Origin: Monocercomonoides exilis PA203
Taxonomy: Eukaryota; Protista; Preaxostyla
Reading direction: 5' to 3'
DNA: 64,000 nt
NCBI GenBank assembly: GCA_001643675.2
Contig: LSRY02000003.1
Span: 744,001-808,000, forward strand
In this document: positions 25,428-36,700 of the stretch, one piece after another
Position numbering within the stretch: the stretch's first letter is position 1
Layout of the letters: every line of letters begins with the position of its first letter
The notes under the pieces: model-generated
Databases searched by the model: none
Seen by the model: the letters and a program-made list of their open reading frames with translations, nothing else
Told to the model about the DNA's origin: nothing
Program-made: the position numbers and the translations under genes

Positions 25428-26963
25428 ATTTTGTTAAAACAATATGCTAAATCCTTGAAGTGCACATCTGATGAGATTGATCATTAGATTTCTTTGTGAA
25501 TATTTTTATCAGCTCTGTAATTCTCATCGTTCAAAATCTATTTTTTTCTTCTTCTTCTTCACTTCATTCTCTTCGATTCTTTTTTTTTTCTTTGATTCCA
25601 TTCAAAATCAACTCTCTTTTTTTTAAAAATTTAATCCGTGTAATCCGTTGTCCTATAACTTCTTCCAGTTTCTATTACTTCATGGCATTTGGAGTGTATT
25701 ACGGATTCTTTCGAACAAAACAAACTTTTCATTAACATTGAGAATGCATTATCTCCATCGAATGTGCATCAAATCAATCGAAGTGAAAATTGAAGCAGAA
25801 GAAAAAAATCATGACGAATATGTAATAAACACCGTAGATGAATGATTCAACATCAAACCGGGTTGCACAAAAGAAGCAATGAAAACTATTTTCGTCTTTG
25901 AGAGTGCCTGACAGTTAACTGGCTCACCTCAAATGCAAAGTTCTGTTTATGAAATGTTCTTCTGGAAGAATAAAACCCAACATTCAAAATCTCTTTCAAC
26001 TCAATAATAATTTTTCTAATATTTGTGAGACTTTTATTATAAAAGACCTTCAAATAATACATTTTCTGTTCTCTTATAAAAGACAAACAGAAGGATCATG
26101 TTTTGTGTAATTGATTGACATTTCATTCTAAGTTATTCTGAATCCTTCTGAGGCTTTGAGCCTTGTAGATAGCATGAGATTTTTTCCGGTTTTTGAAAAT
26201 GCTAATGATTATGCTCCAGTGAATTATCATTTTTTCTCTTTTCACATTTCATTGTTCAGAAACCCGTGACTTTTTCCAAAAACCGGAGAAACGTTTCTGA
26301 AAATGAACAATCTTGTTTTATCCAAATAATAATTCCACCAAATAGTTTGCAATAATACTTAACAGAAAAATTCTTTTCAAAAATCAATTAAATTCTTATC
26401 TTTTCCTTTTGCATTCTGTGAGAAATTTATTAACATAATGAATTTTTTTTTGGCTTTTTTAATGACGCACATTCGAAAGGAACGATTGACAGTTGTTTGT
26501 ATTTTTCTCTAAACAAAACAAACTTTGTATTAAAGCAATATTTAATTGTTTTTGATTTTATGCAATTTCAGATATCGAAAAATTAATAACAATCCTTTTA
26601 AGTTGTTTTCTTTTTTGAATTTAGTGAATTGAAAATTTAATTCCAATATGAACAACGAATGAAAATCTTTGATAATTATTCTTCCCAGAAACACATCAGA
26701 AGTTTTTCTGTTGTTTTTCTGACTGGACGATGAATCCAATGAAAAATTATGAACTGAATATGAATTAAATATTAAAAAATTTATTGTGATCTTTTTTGAA
26801 GTTGTTTTAATCGATTCTTAAGTATCTCCTTTTTTATTTCATTCTGTTTCTGGTTCTCCTGCAACTGCCTGCTTTTCTTTTCTTTATTTTTTCATTTTTG
26901 TCTTCTTTTCTCTTTAAACACAATAAATGTTCTCTGAAATCTTTCATTTTTTTTTCCCAAAAA

Positions 26964-27205
26964 TGTCTAAATTTTTTTGTGAAGTTCCTTTTGTTAAATT
27001 TTCAAATAAAATTTAAATTTCATATATCGATCAAATTACAGTTTCCAATCAAGAAAATTCATAAAAATGGAAATAATAACATTGTCAAGATTTTGTTTTC
27101 ATTACAACAAAATTTGGTAAGTGGAAACAGAAATTTTCTCGAAATATGAATTTTTTATTCTTTTTGAAAATTAAACAAAAGAAACTTATCAAAAAAATTA
27201 AGATA
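26964..27205. mobile_element. MITE related to the copy at 54182-54422
   Basis: Shared internal sequence (CCAATCAAGAAA..ATGGAAATAA.AACATTGT..ACAGAAATTT) and degenerate TIRs; mirror copy at ~37936-38176. Confidence 0.7.
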
Positions 27206-30200
27206 AAAAACAAATTTATAATTGTTAACTATCTGTTTTCTTTCTTTGTCTTTTCGATTCATAAACGTTTAGCCTTTTTCATTATCGATTTTCAAGTCCC
27301 CTAAAGCTTTTTCTTCATATTTCTTTTTCTTTAAAGAAAATCTTCCATATGATTGTTCTTTGTTTTTTTTCAACATCTAATGATTGGTTTCTTTCTGGAT
27401 CTCCTTTTGTTCTATCCAACTTCAGAGCAGCTTTATCCTGCCAACCACCTGTTTGTTAGAATGCATATTTTATTATTGATGAAGTTGTGGATGTAGAAAG
27501 AGCTTCTGGGAGAATGTCAAAGACAGTTAAGCGAAATACGGAAAAAGAATGATCAGATGAAGTTTTGAAGTTATTGTTGCAAGTTTTTTTAAACCTTGCA
27601 AAAATAGAACTATCGCACATTTAAAGAAGATGGGTTAAATTCGGAGGAAACTTTTTTTTGATGATGTTTTTCTTTGTTGCAACTATTTCAACAGCTTCAC
27701 TTCTGTGAGAAGAATGGTTATCCATCAGGAACGATGCAGATTTCACTCCTCCATCTTTCATCTATTTTTCTAAATTATCAAGCCAATGATCGAGCGTGAT
27801 TTTTTCGAAGATTTTTGAAGGAATCTATTCTGAAGATGCAAAGATATTATTAATGTTTAACGATGACAGTGTACGAAATACCACTGGAATTTTCGACCCA
27901 GGCCAAAGAAGAAAAGACGACAAACATGAGCCAACTAAGCAGGCACATAAGCACTATGTCGTGTTAGAAGTCTTTTTCGGAGAAAGAGTTGAAGGAGGTT
28001 TCTGGTTTTGCAGACAAACCACAAGTTTGCAAGAATCCTCACACAGATGAAGTGAAGTTTCATCAAAATTAAAGATGCCTGATGAGACTATTTCTTTCTC
28101 GTTAACAATCTGCGAAAGTTCATCAAACCATTTTCAAACGGAATCAGAAGATTGGGAAGATATTTTTGCTGTGTCCAATTGCTTTTTAACATTTGACTTC
28201 TATATTGAACTTTTCTGAAAAGAAAATCATGAAGCTTTTCAACTTTATATTCTTTTCACTTCTTCGTCTTTTGAGGATTGCTCCATATGCTCCACAATCT
28301 GAAAATATTCCTGTGATTATATTTGAAATCATAACTTTTTTCTGGGTATTTGTTTTCCAAAGGTTGTTTTCATTACAAAGAGATTTTATATTCAAATAAT
28401 AATTATTTAACAACTGTTTTGTGAACTTTTTTTCTTTTTTCTTTTCTTTTCTTTTTCTTATTCTTATTCTTTTTCTTTTTTTTTGAGTGTCCGAAAGTTT
28501 CATCACCAGACAATTTTATTTGGTTCTGAAAGAGGAGATTTGAGCATTTTGATTACCAGACGCATGAAATTTATTTGAAAAATGTGATGAATGCAATATT
28601 AAATGACGTTGTATTCACACTTAGAAAGATTTCTTGTGATGAAGAGGTGAGTAAAAAGAGCTGAATATATATGTGGGAAGTGAGAGCACTAATCATTCAT
28701 TATCACTCACAGAGCTGATTAATGTTTTGTGAGGGATGTCACGTTTGAGAAACGTGAACTTGATAAAGAAGCTTTCCACTGGATCTTAATTTACGATTTC
28801 TTCAACGAATGAAATTTCATTATCTCTTTCAGAATATAACTTTCAAATTGAAAGAGCAATTTCATAGCTTTTGATTTATGTGGGCAAAATGGAAACTAGC
28901 ATTAATTAAAAAGCATCAGAAGAGCTTTGTTCTTAATAAGAAGATTTTTTCTCTGAAAACCTGCCATAAGGCACTGCAGGTTCGAATAGTGCGTTCCACT
29001 CAAAAAAAACTGATGCAGTGTTGATGCATAATGCTCAAAATCAGAAGAGGGAGTACAAAAATGAAAAGCAGCAGCTTCAGCATGTTGCGGAAGGAGGTTG
29101 TTTCAAGACGCTATCTCGATGCTCCCTTTCGGGAAATACGATGTCCACCGAAATGCCGACGACGCTGCCAGCGGACCCATCGAAAGATCCACCGCACACA
29201 TCCGCAACGTCTCCCACTCGTCCACAAACACACAATACGAAACACAAAACACCCCAATCATCCATTTCCTGCGGAAAAACCACTCCAATCGCTTCATATT
29301 AATTTATCTTTTCTCTCCGCCTTTCAGAATTTTTAGGAAACAATGCCCCATCCAATGCAAACACTTATTCCAGCCTCTTTCTTATTCATCTCATTGCTCC
29401 AAAAAAGTTACTCCATAACAAACTCGATGCTCATCTTCCCATTCGACATTATTGTCCCTTCGTCGGCTTTCCAAAACAAATTCATCTCCCGTCACCTTCG
29501 CAGCTTTGCAAAAGCCACTATCATTTTCATTGATACTGGATAATCTCTCCATCTCTCATGCTCACTTCTGTCAAACAGATTTTTAACATCTTGGAAGAAA
29601 TTGTTCTTAAAATATACATTGATACCATCCAAAACCTGAGCTTCGTTTTTTCTTCATCTCCTCTCACTTCTTCACTTTCTCCTCCACTTCTTCTCTGAAT
29701 TCATCGACTTCGAATAATGTTGACGTGGCGAGATATCACCTCCCTGAAAATGCAATTTCGAAAAATTGGATATGTCAAACATTTCTTTATGTTTTGCTAC
29801 TGTTTTTAAAATTATTTGCAAATAGCGAATCTTCTTCTTTGTTTAAAAAAATATTTTTTGAAGGAAAAAAATTTATTATGGGCATTGATCAATCGTGTAA
29901 TTTGTTCATTTTCATTTCTCATTAAATAGTGAAAAGTTTAATTCAAATACCTCGGTTTGCTTTTTACATTTTGTTTCTGTTTCATGAAATATTGTGTGCT
30001 TTCTTAAATTTTATTTAATTAACAAAAACAGCGACGTGATCTTTAAAATTAACAATTCGAAGCAATGCTTTTGAAATAGTTATAAGCAAAGTCAAAATTG
30101 TATGTTATATTTTGGTATTATTATAATTTTTCTTTTATTTTATTTAATAATCTTGAATATTCATTATATTTTTGATAATAACATGTGCTACTTCAATATT

Positions 30201-30930
30201 CTCTCAATATTGCATAGAATTGAAATCGCAAAGCGTATGCAAAGAAAAAAGCAGCGGGAAGCAGTGCAAAGCTGGGGGAAGCTGGGGGAAGAGCGAAAAA
30301 TAAACATGAAGACAAGAATGAAGATATAGTTGTTATTAGAGATATGGTATAACAGCTATAGATCCATCTCGATTAGGTCAATCAATATTATCGATTTATG
30401 AATATCTGGTGGTTGTTATCATCTTGTATAATAAGTTGGAATAGGCAATGATAATAAGATAGAGATCGAGGGTTATTGCTGATACTCCTAGGGGTTTATC
30501 ATGATTAGATTTTCAGTGATGTTCTATAAAGATGGAGTTATTGATAGGTTTAATCGAGATATATCTATAGCTGATATACCATATCTCCAAGGAGAAGAAT
30601 TAGCTAAAAGATTAACTGAAACGGAGACGAAGTCTCCTAAGCAACTTCGTTGCGAAGTGTTCAAGTTGGTAAATTAGTGGTGAAATTGTGTGTTATCGTT
30701 GATGAAATACATGAGTTATATGTTGAACGTGTTATGTGTCGAAGGTGTTTGTTGAACGTCGGTGTTATCGTTCGTGTAATCGTTGGTGAAAGTGTCGAAG
30801 TTGGTGAAATAGTGTGAAAATTGATGAAATTGTCGATGAAAAACATGAGTTGAACGTGTGATGTTATCGTTGATGTGAACGTTGGTGAAAACCGCAAATA
30901 AAAATAATTAAGTTTTTTGTTTTATAGTCA

Positions 30931-31143
30931 ATGGGTCGGAAGAAGATATACACAACTGTGGAAGAAGCTAAAGCGGCTCAACAGAAACAAATTAAACAGT
31001 TTCAGGAAAAACGAAAGGAAGAAACTATGTATTACAACGAGCATGTATCTGAAAAACAGAAGAAGTTGATTAAGATATTGAGGAGAAAGCTTATCGAAAA
31101 TGATGAGCTGTTAGATGAGATGATGGAAAAAGTTAATGGGTAA
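30931..31143 (+). CDS. Small basic/coiled-coil protein (70 aa) in the left TIR
   Basis: Intact ATG..TAA ORF after an AT-rich tract; MGRKKIYTTVEEAKAAQQKQ; possibly DNA binding (inference). Confidence 0.65.
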   Translation: MGRKKIYTTVEEAKAAQQKQIKQFQEKRKEETMYYNEHVSEKQKKLIKILRRKLIENDELLDEMMEKVNG

Positions 31144-31488
31144 GTTGAACACGATTATATTTTTGGTTGAAAGATTTAATTGTTTTGTTTGGACGGGTAA
31201 AACTGGGCAGGTAATAAGTGTGTGCTGTGGTGTGGAAATATTGGGTTTATCTCCTAGCTTTTCACCTACACAGGGTGCACAGGATGCACAGGATAAATAA
31301 CATTCTCCAAAATATGTGGGCAAACAGGCAAAGTGAGCAAATTGGGCAAAATACATTTGATGTGAAAATTTTCTATTATAGTTCATTTTTGACATTAACA
31401 CCGAAGTCATCTTCCCCGTAAATTTACGTTACAATAATAAATCTGTTTCAAAAATAATGTTTTTTTAATTTCTATAAAATTGGCAGCC

Positions 31489-33748
31489 ATGAGCAAAGAA
31501 TAGCCGAAATAATCGGTGAAAACAGCCAAACGGTTCAACTCCTTATTAGTATGGAAGAAAAAACATTGAATGAAAGAATTGATACTAACGTTATTGATTT
31601 AAACAATTATCAAAAGCATGATGGAGGCAGTGGCTCTGTTGTTACTGGAAGAGCAGTATTTGTAAACAAAGAGTCAAATTTAACTGTTATCGACATTGAC
31701 ATCAACAAATCGTTTGATGATGAGTCCAAACAATCTGTTAGAAGAAAAATATTAAACAAACTGGACGAAGACGATGTCGTTGTTCAAACAGCTTCAGGGG
31801 GATTACGCATTTATGCCAATACCGATGACTTTTACGCCAACTCCAACAGAATGATTAAATGTTGCACTTGCGATGAATTTGTTGATATCATTACATCATT
31901 GGACGAAAGCAAACGATCATTAATAGTGTTACAAAACAGTAAAGTGCGTAAGGATCATCGATTAAAGACAAATGTTTATCAGCTTGTCAGAGGTTCGTTT
32001 GACTCAGCATTAACACGAAATGTTAATGAAATATTGAACGAACTCTCCTTGAAACTGTGTATTAAAACATCTGATGAAATAGATAATATTGTAAAATTAG
32101 ATGATGACAATGACAATATAAGTGACGAATTAGCTAATGATTAAGTCAACGTGTTGGAACGATTTGTCATACATAACGATAGAGGAAATATACCAATCAA
32201 CAGAGAAGTCACGTTTTTCACACTGTTTCAAGCGATTAATTCATTGCCGAATGAGCAAATCGAATTAGCTTACGACAGAGCACAAAACAGTGACAATTTG
32301 ACAGCTAACGCACGTGATAACTATTATGCAGCAAAACAACGATACAGATTTTTGAGATTATCGCCATTTGTATTAGTTAAGATGTCCAAAATATGGAATA
32401 ATGACTATTACACATACGAGATATTACCGTTACTGAGAAACGATACCAACATCGTTAAACCATTAGATATGTCCGATTCGTTTTCCATGACAGACATTCG
32501 ACGAAAAGCTGAGACAAAACAACACAAAACAGCTGATGATGTTATTTGTGATTTGTCGAGAGTTATGAGATTTGTTGAAACTGTGGCGATGTACATACAA
32601 AAAGATTTCAACATATTCGATAAACGTTGGGGGATAACGTTTGTTACAGACACAAATATGACACGTAATTTAAAGATGATTAAACTGTGGAAAACTGTGC
32701 ACAAAACAACTACAGCATATGACATTCTACAGTCTTGTTTGTCGAAACTAACATTGCAAGGTGTTATGTTTGACGCAAATGATACAGCAATTGTGTTCTC
32801 AATATTTCGAGGTTTCAAGTGCAATTTACGAGAACATGTCAATATTGTAACAATCTCAATGTTTCTGAACTTTGTTCGTGAGGTTATTGCTGATTAAAAC
32901 GACGATGCGTATGAATATGTTATTAACTGGATTGCAAACATTGTTCAACACCCTGGAATTATATATGAAACAGCATTAATATTGATAGGTATTCAAAGTA
33001 TTGGGAAAAACAGATTCACAGATATCATATCTGAACTATTCGCTGGTTATTCCAGTATAAATGTCACAGAAATTGGAGAGTTGACTGGAAACTTCAACTC
33101 TGTTGTTGAAAGAAAAATGTTGATTGTTTTAAATGAACTGAAAAATTGTGGAGACGACAGACTGGCAAATTACAATGAGTTGAAGTCTGTAATAACAGAA
33201 AACATTATTAGAATAAATGAGAAGAATCAACCTTGTAGAACCGCAGAGAATGTGGCGTATATCATGTATGTGACAAACCACTCATTTCCAGCAAAGATTG
33301 AAACAGACGATCGCAGATATGTTGTTCTAGCATGAAATGGTAAATACAAGAACAATTTCGATTATTCCAACAACTATGTACTTCATTCACGACAAAGTTT
33401 AATGACAATTTGCTCACATATTTGATGAACAAAGATCTTTCATCATTAAACGTTAGATCAATACCAATGACAGAGGCTAAAATAGATATTACAGAAGCGA
33501 GTAAAAGTCCCTTTGAAATGAGGATATGATATCATTACGATGAGCAATGTGTTGGAATGAATTGAACAGAAGCTCTCATCTGCAAACCTGTTTATATTAA
33601 AGATAGGAACTTCCAACTGCAACTGAAAGATAAATGTGAACGTTTACAAAAATCTATAAATGGAATACGTTCATGGCATTATATATTGAAAGATGAATGT
33701 AAACAAATGTGCAAACAAACTGTATCTGAAAATGAGGATTATATATAA
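31489..33748 (+). pseudogene. AEP-type primase-polymerase fused to an SF3 (D5/NrS-1-like) helicase, disrupted
   Basis: N-terminal 'LTVIDIDIN' (DxD) and 'VQTASGGLRIY'; Walker A 'GIQSIGKN', Walker B 'LIVLNE', motif C 'YVTNH', 'DDRRY'. ORFs 31551, 32151 and 32982 share one frame; a frameshifted tail runs to 33748. Confidence 0.85.
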
Positions 33749-33778
33749 TGACAGAAATGTAACTGTTTTGTTTTTGTT

Positions 33779-36700
33779 CATTAAATGCATTTTGCCCAAT
33801 TTTGCTCACTTTGCCTGTTTGCCCACATATTTTGGAGAATGTTATTTATCCTGTGCATCCTGTGCACCCTGTGTAGGTGAAAAGCTAGGAGATAAACCCA
33901 ATATTTCCACACCACAGCACACACTTATTACCTGCCCAGTTTTACCCGTCCAAACAAAACAATTAAATCTTTCAACCAAAAATATAATCGTGTTCAACTT
34001 ACCCATTAACTTTTTCCATCATCTCATCTAACAGCTCATCATTTTCGATAAGCTTTCTCCTCAATATCTTAATCAACTTCTTCTGTTTTTCAGATACATG
34101 CTCGTTGTAATACATAGTTTCTTCCTTTCGTTTTTCCTGAAACTGTTTAATTTGTTTCTGTTGAGCCGCTTTAGCTTCTTCCACAGTTGTGTATATCTTC
34201 TTCCGACCCATTGACTATAAAACAAAAAACTTAATTATTTTTATTTGCGGTTTTCACCAACGTTCACATCAACGATAACATCACACGTTCAACTCATGTT
34301 TTTCATCGACAATTTCATCAATTTTCACACTATTTCACCAACTTCGACACTTTCACCAACGATTACACGAACGATAACACCGACGTTCAACAAACACCTT
34401 CGACACATAACACGTTCAACATATAACTCATGTATTTCATCAACGATAACACACAATTTCACCACTAATTTACCAACTTGAACACTTCGCAACGAAGTTG
34501 CTTAGGAGACTTCGTCTCCGTTTCAGTTAATCTTTTAGCTAATTCTTCTCCTTGGAGATATGGTATATCAGCTATAGATATATCTCGATTAAACCTATCA
34601 ATAACTCCATCTTTATAGAACATCACTGAAAATCTAATCATGATAAACCCCTAGGAGTATCAGCAATAACCCTCGATCTCTATCTTATTATCATTGCCTA
34701 TTCCAACTTATTATACAAGATGATAACAACCACCAGATATTCATAAATCGATAATATTGATTGACCTAATCGAGATGGATCTATAGCTGTTATACCATAT
34801 CTCTAATAACAACTATATCTTCATTCTTGTCTTCATGTTTATTTTTCGCTCTTCCCCCAGCTTCCCCCAGCTTTGCACTGCTTCCCGCTGCTTTTTTCTT
34901 TGCATACGCTTTGCGATTTCAATTCTATGCAATATTGAGAGAATATTGAAGTAGCACATGTTATTATCAAAAATATAATGAATATTCAAGATTATTAAAT
35001 AAAATAAAAGAAAAATTATAATAATACCAAAATATAACATACAATTTTGACTTTGCTTATAACTATTTCAAAAGCATTGCTTCGAATTGTTAATTTTAAA
35101 GATCACGTCGCTGTTTTTGTTAATTAAATAAAATTTAAGAAAGCACACAATATTTCATGAAACAGAAACAAAATGTAAAAAGCAAACCGAGGTATTTGAA
35201 TTAAACTTTTCACTATTTAATGAGAAATGAAAATGAACAAATTACACGATTGATCAATGCCCATAATAAATTTTTTTCCTTCAAAAATATTTTTTTAAAC
35301 AAAGAAGAAGATTCGCTATTTGCAAATAATTTTAAAAACAGTAGCAAAACATAAAGAAATGTTTGACATATCCAATTTTTCGAAATTGCATTTTCAGGGA
35401 GGTGATATCTCGCCACGTCAACATTATTCGAAGTCGATGAATTCAGAGAAGAAGTGGAGGAGAAAGTGAAGAAGTGAGAGGAGATGAAGAAAAAACGAAG
35501 CTCAGGTTTTGGATGGTATCAATGTATATTTTAAGAACAATTTCTTCCAAGATGTTAAAAATCTGTTTGACAGAAGTGAGCATGAGAGATGGAGAGATTA
35601 TCCAGTATCAATGAAAATGATAGTGGCTTTTGCAAAGCTGCGAAGGTGACGGGAGATGAATTTGTTTTGGAAAGCCGACGAAGGGACAATAATGTCGAAT
35701 GGGAAGATGAGCATCGAGTTTGTTATGGAGTAACTTTTTTGGAGCAATGAGATGAATAAGAAAGAGGCTGGAATAAGTGTTTGCATTGGATGGGGCATTG
35801 TTTCCTAAAAATTCTGAAAGGCGGAGAGAAAAGATAAATTAATATGAAGCGATTGGAGTGGTTTTTCCGCAGGAAATGGATGATTGGGGTGTTTTGTGTT
35901 TCGTATTGTGTGTTTGTGGACGAGTGGGAGACGTTGCGGATGTGTGCGGTGGATCTTTCGATGGGTCCGCTGGCAGCGTCGTCGGCATTTCGGTGGACAT
36001 CGTATTTCCCGAAAGGGAGCATCGAGATAGCGTCTTGAAACAACCTCCTTCCGCAACATGCTGAAGCTGCTGCTTTTCATTTTTGTACTCCCTCTTCTGA
36101 TTTTGAGCATTATGCATCAACACTGCATCAGTTTTTTTGAGTGGAACGCACTATTCGAACCTGCAGTGCCTTATGGCAGGTTTTCAGAGAAAAAATCTTC
36201 TTATTAAGAACAAAGCTCTTCTGATGCTTTTTAATTAATGCTAGTTTCCATTTTGCCCACATAAATCAAAAGCTATGAAATTGCTCTTTCAATTTGAAAG
36301 TTATATTCTGAAAGAGATAATGAAATTTCATTCGTTGAAGAAATCGTAAATTAAGATCCAGTGGAAAGCTTCTTTATCAAGTTCACGTTTCTCAAACGTG
36401 ACATCCCTCACAAAACATTAATCAGCTCTGTGAGTGATAATGAATGATTAGTGCTCTCACTTCCCACATATATATTCAGCTCTTTTTACTCACCTCTTCA
36501 TCACAAGAAATCTTTCTAAGTGTGAATACAACGTCATTTAATATTGCATTCATCACATTTTTCAAATAAATTTCATGCGTCTGGTAATCAAAATGCTCAA
36601 ATCTCCTCTTTCAGAACCAAATAAAATTGTCTGGTGATGAAACTTTCGGACACCTCAAAAAAAAAGAAAAAAGAATAAGAATAAGAAAAAGAAAAAGAAA

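Larger units (their letters stand above)
24987..31362. repeat. Left arm of a 15.2-kb palindrome
   Basis: Reverse complement of 33779-40152; mirrored identical ORFs in the track; differences are mostly single-base homopolymer indels. Confidence 0.95.
30330..34812. mobile_element. Putative integrated linear-replicon/virus-like element with ~1-kb TIRs encoding primase-helicase
   Basis: Sequence character changes at ~30330; terminal imperfect hairpins, degenerate tandem repeats, a 70-aa ORF in each TIR and a unique 2.4-kb core. The outer limits are inferred because the palindrome continues beyond them. Confidence 0.6.

Noticed and set aside
25500-28900. Possible MULE-like transposase relic in the palindrome arm (e.g. 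'NDNSLEHNH' on the minus strand)
   Set aside because: Too fragmented; no catalytic motif series could be read reliably.
30655-30895. Repeat array superficially like a CRISPR array
   Set aside because: Short degenerate units without constant repeat-spacer periodicity; no cas genes; eukaryotic context.
31489-33748. In-frame TAA/TGA stops in the primase-helicase gene (and one TAA in the Merlin gene) suggesting a reassigned genetic code
   Set aside because: The same genes also have frameshifts and motif substitutions (e.g. GGLRIY for the expected His), and all stop types occur; ordinary decay is the simpler explanation.
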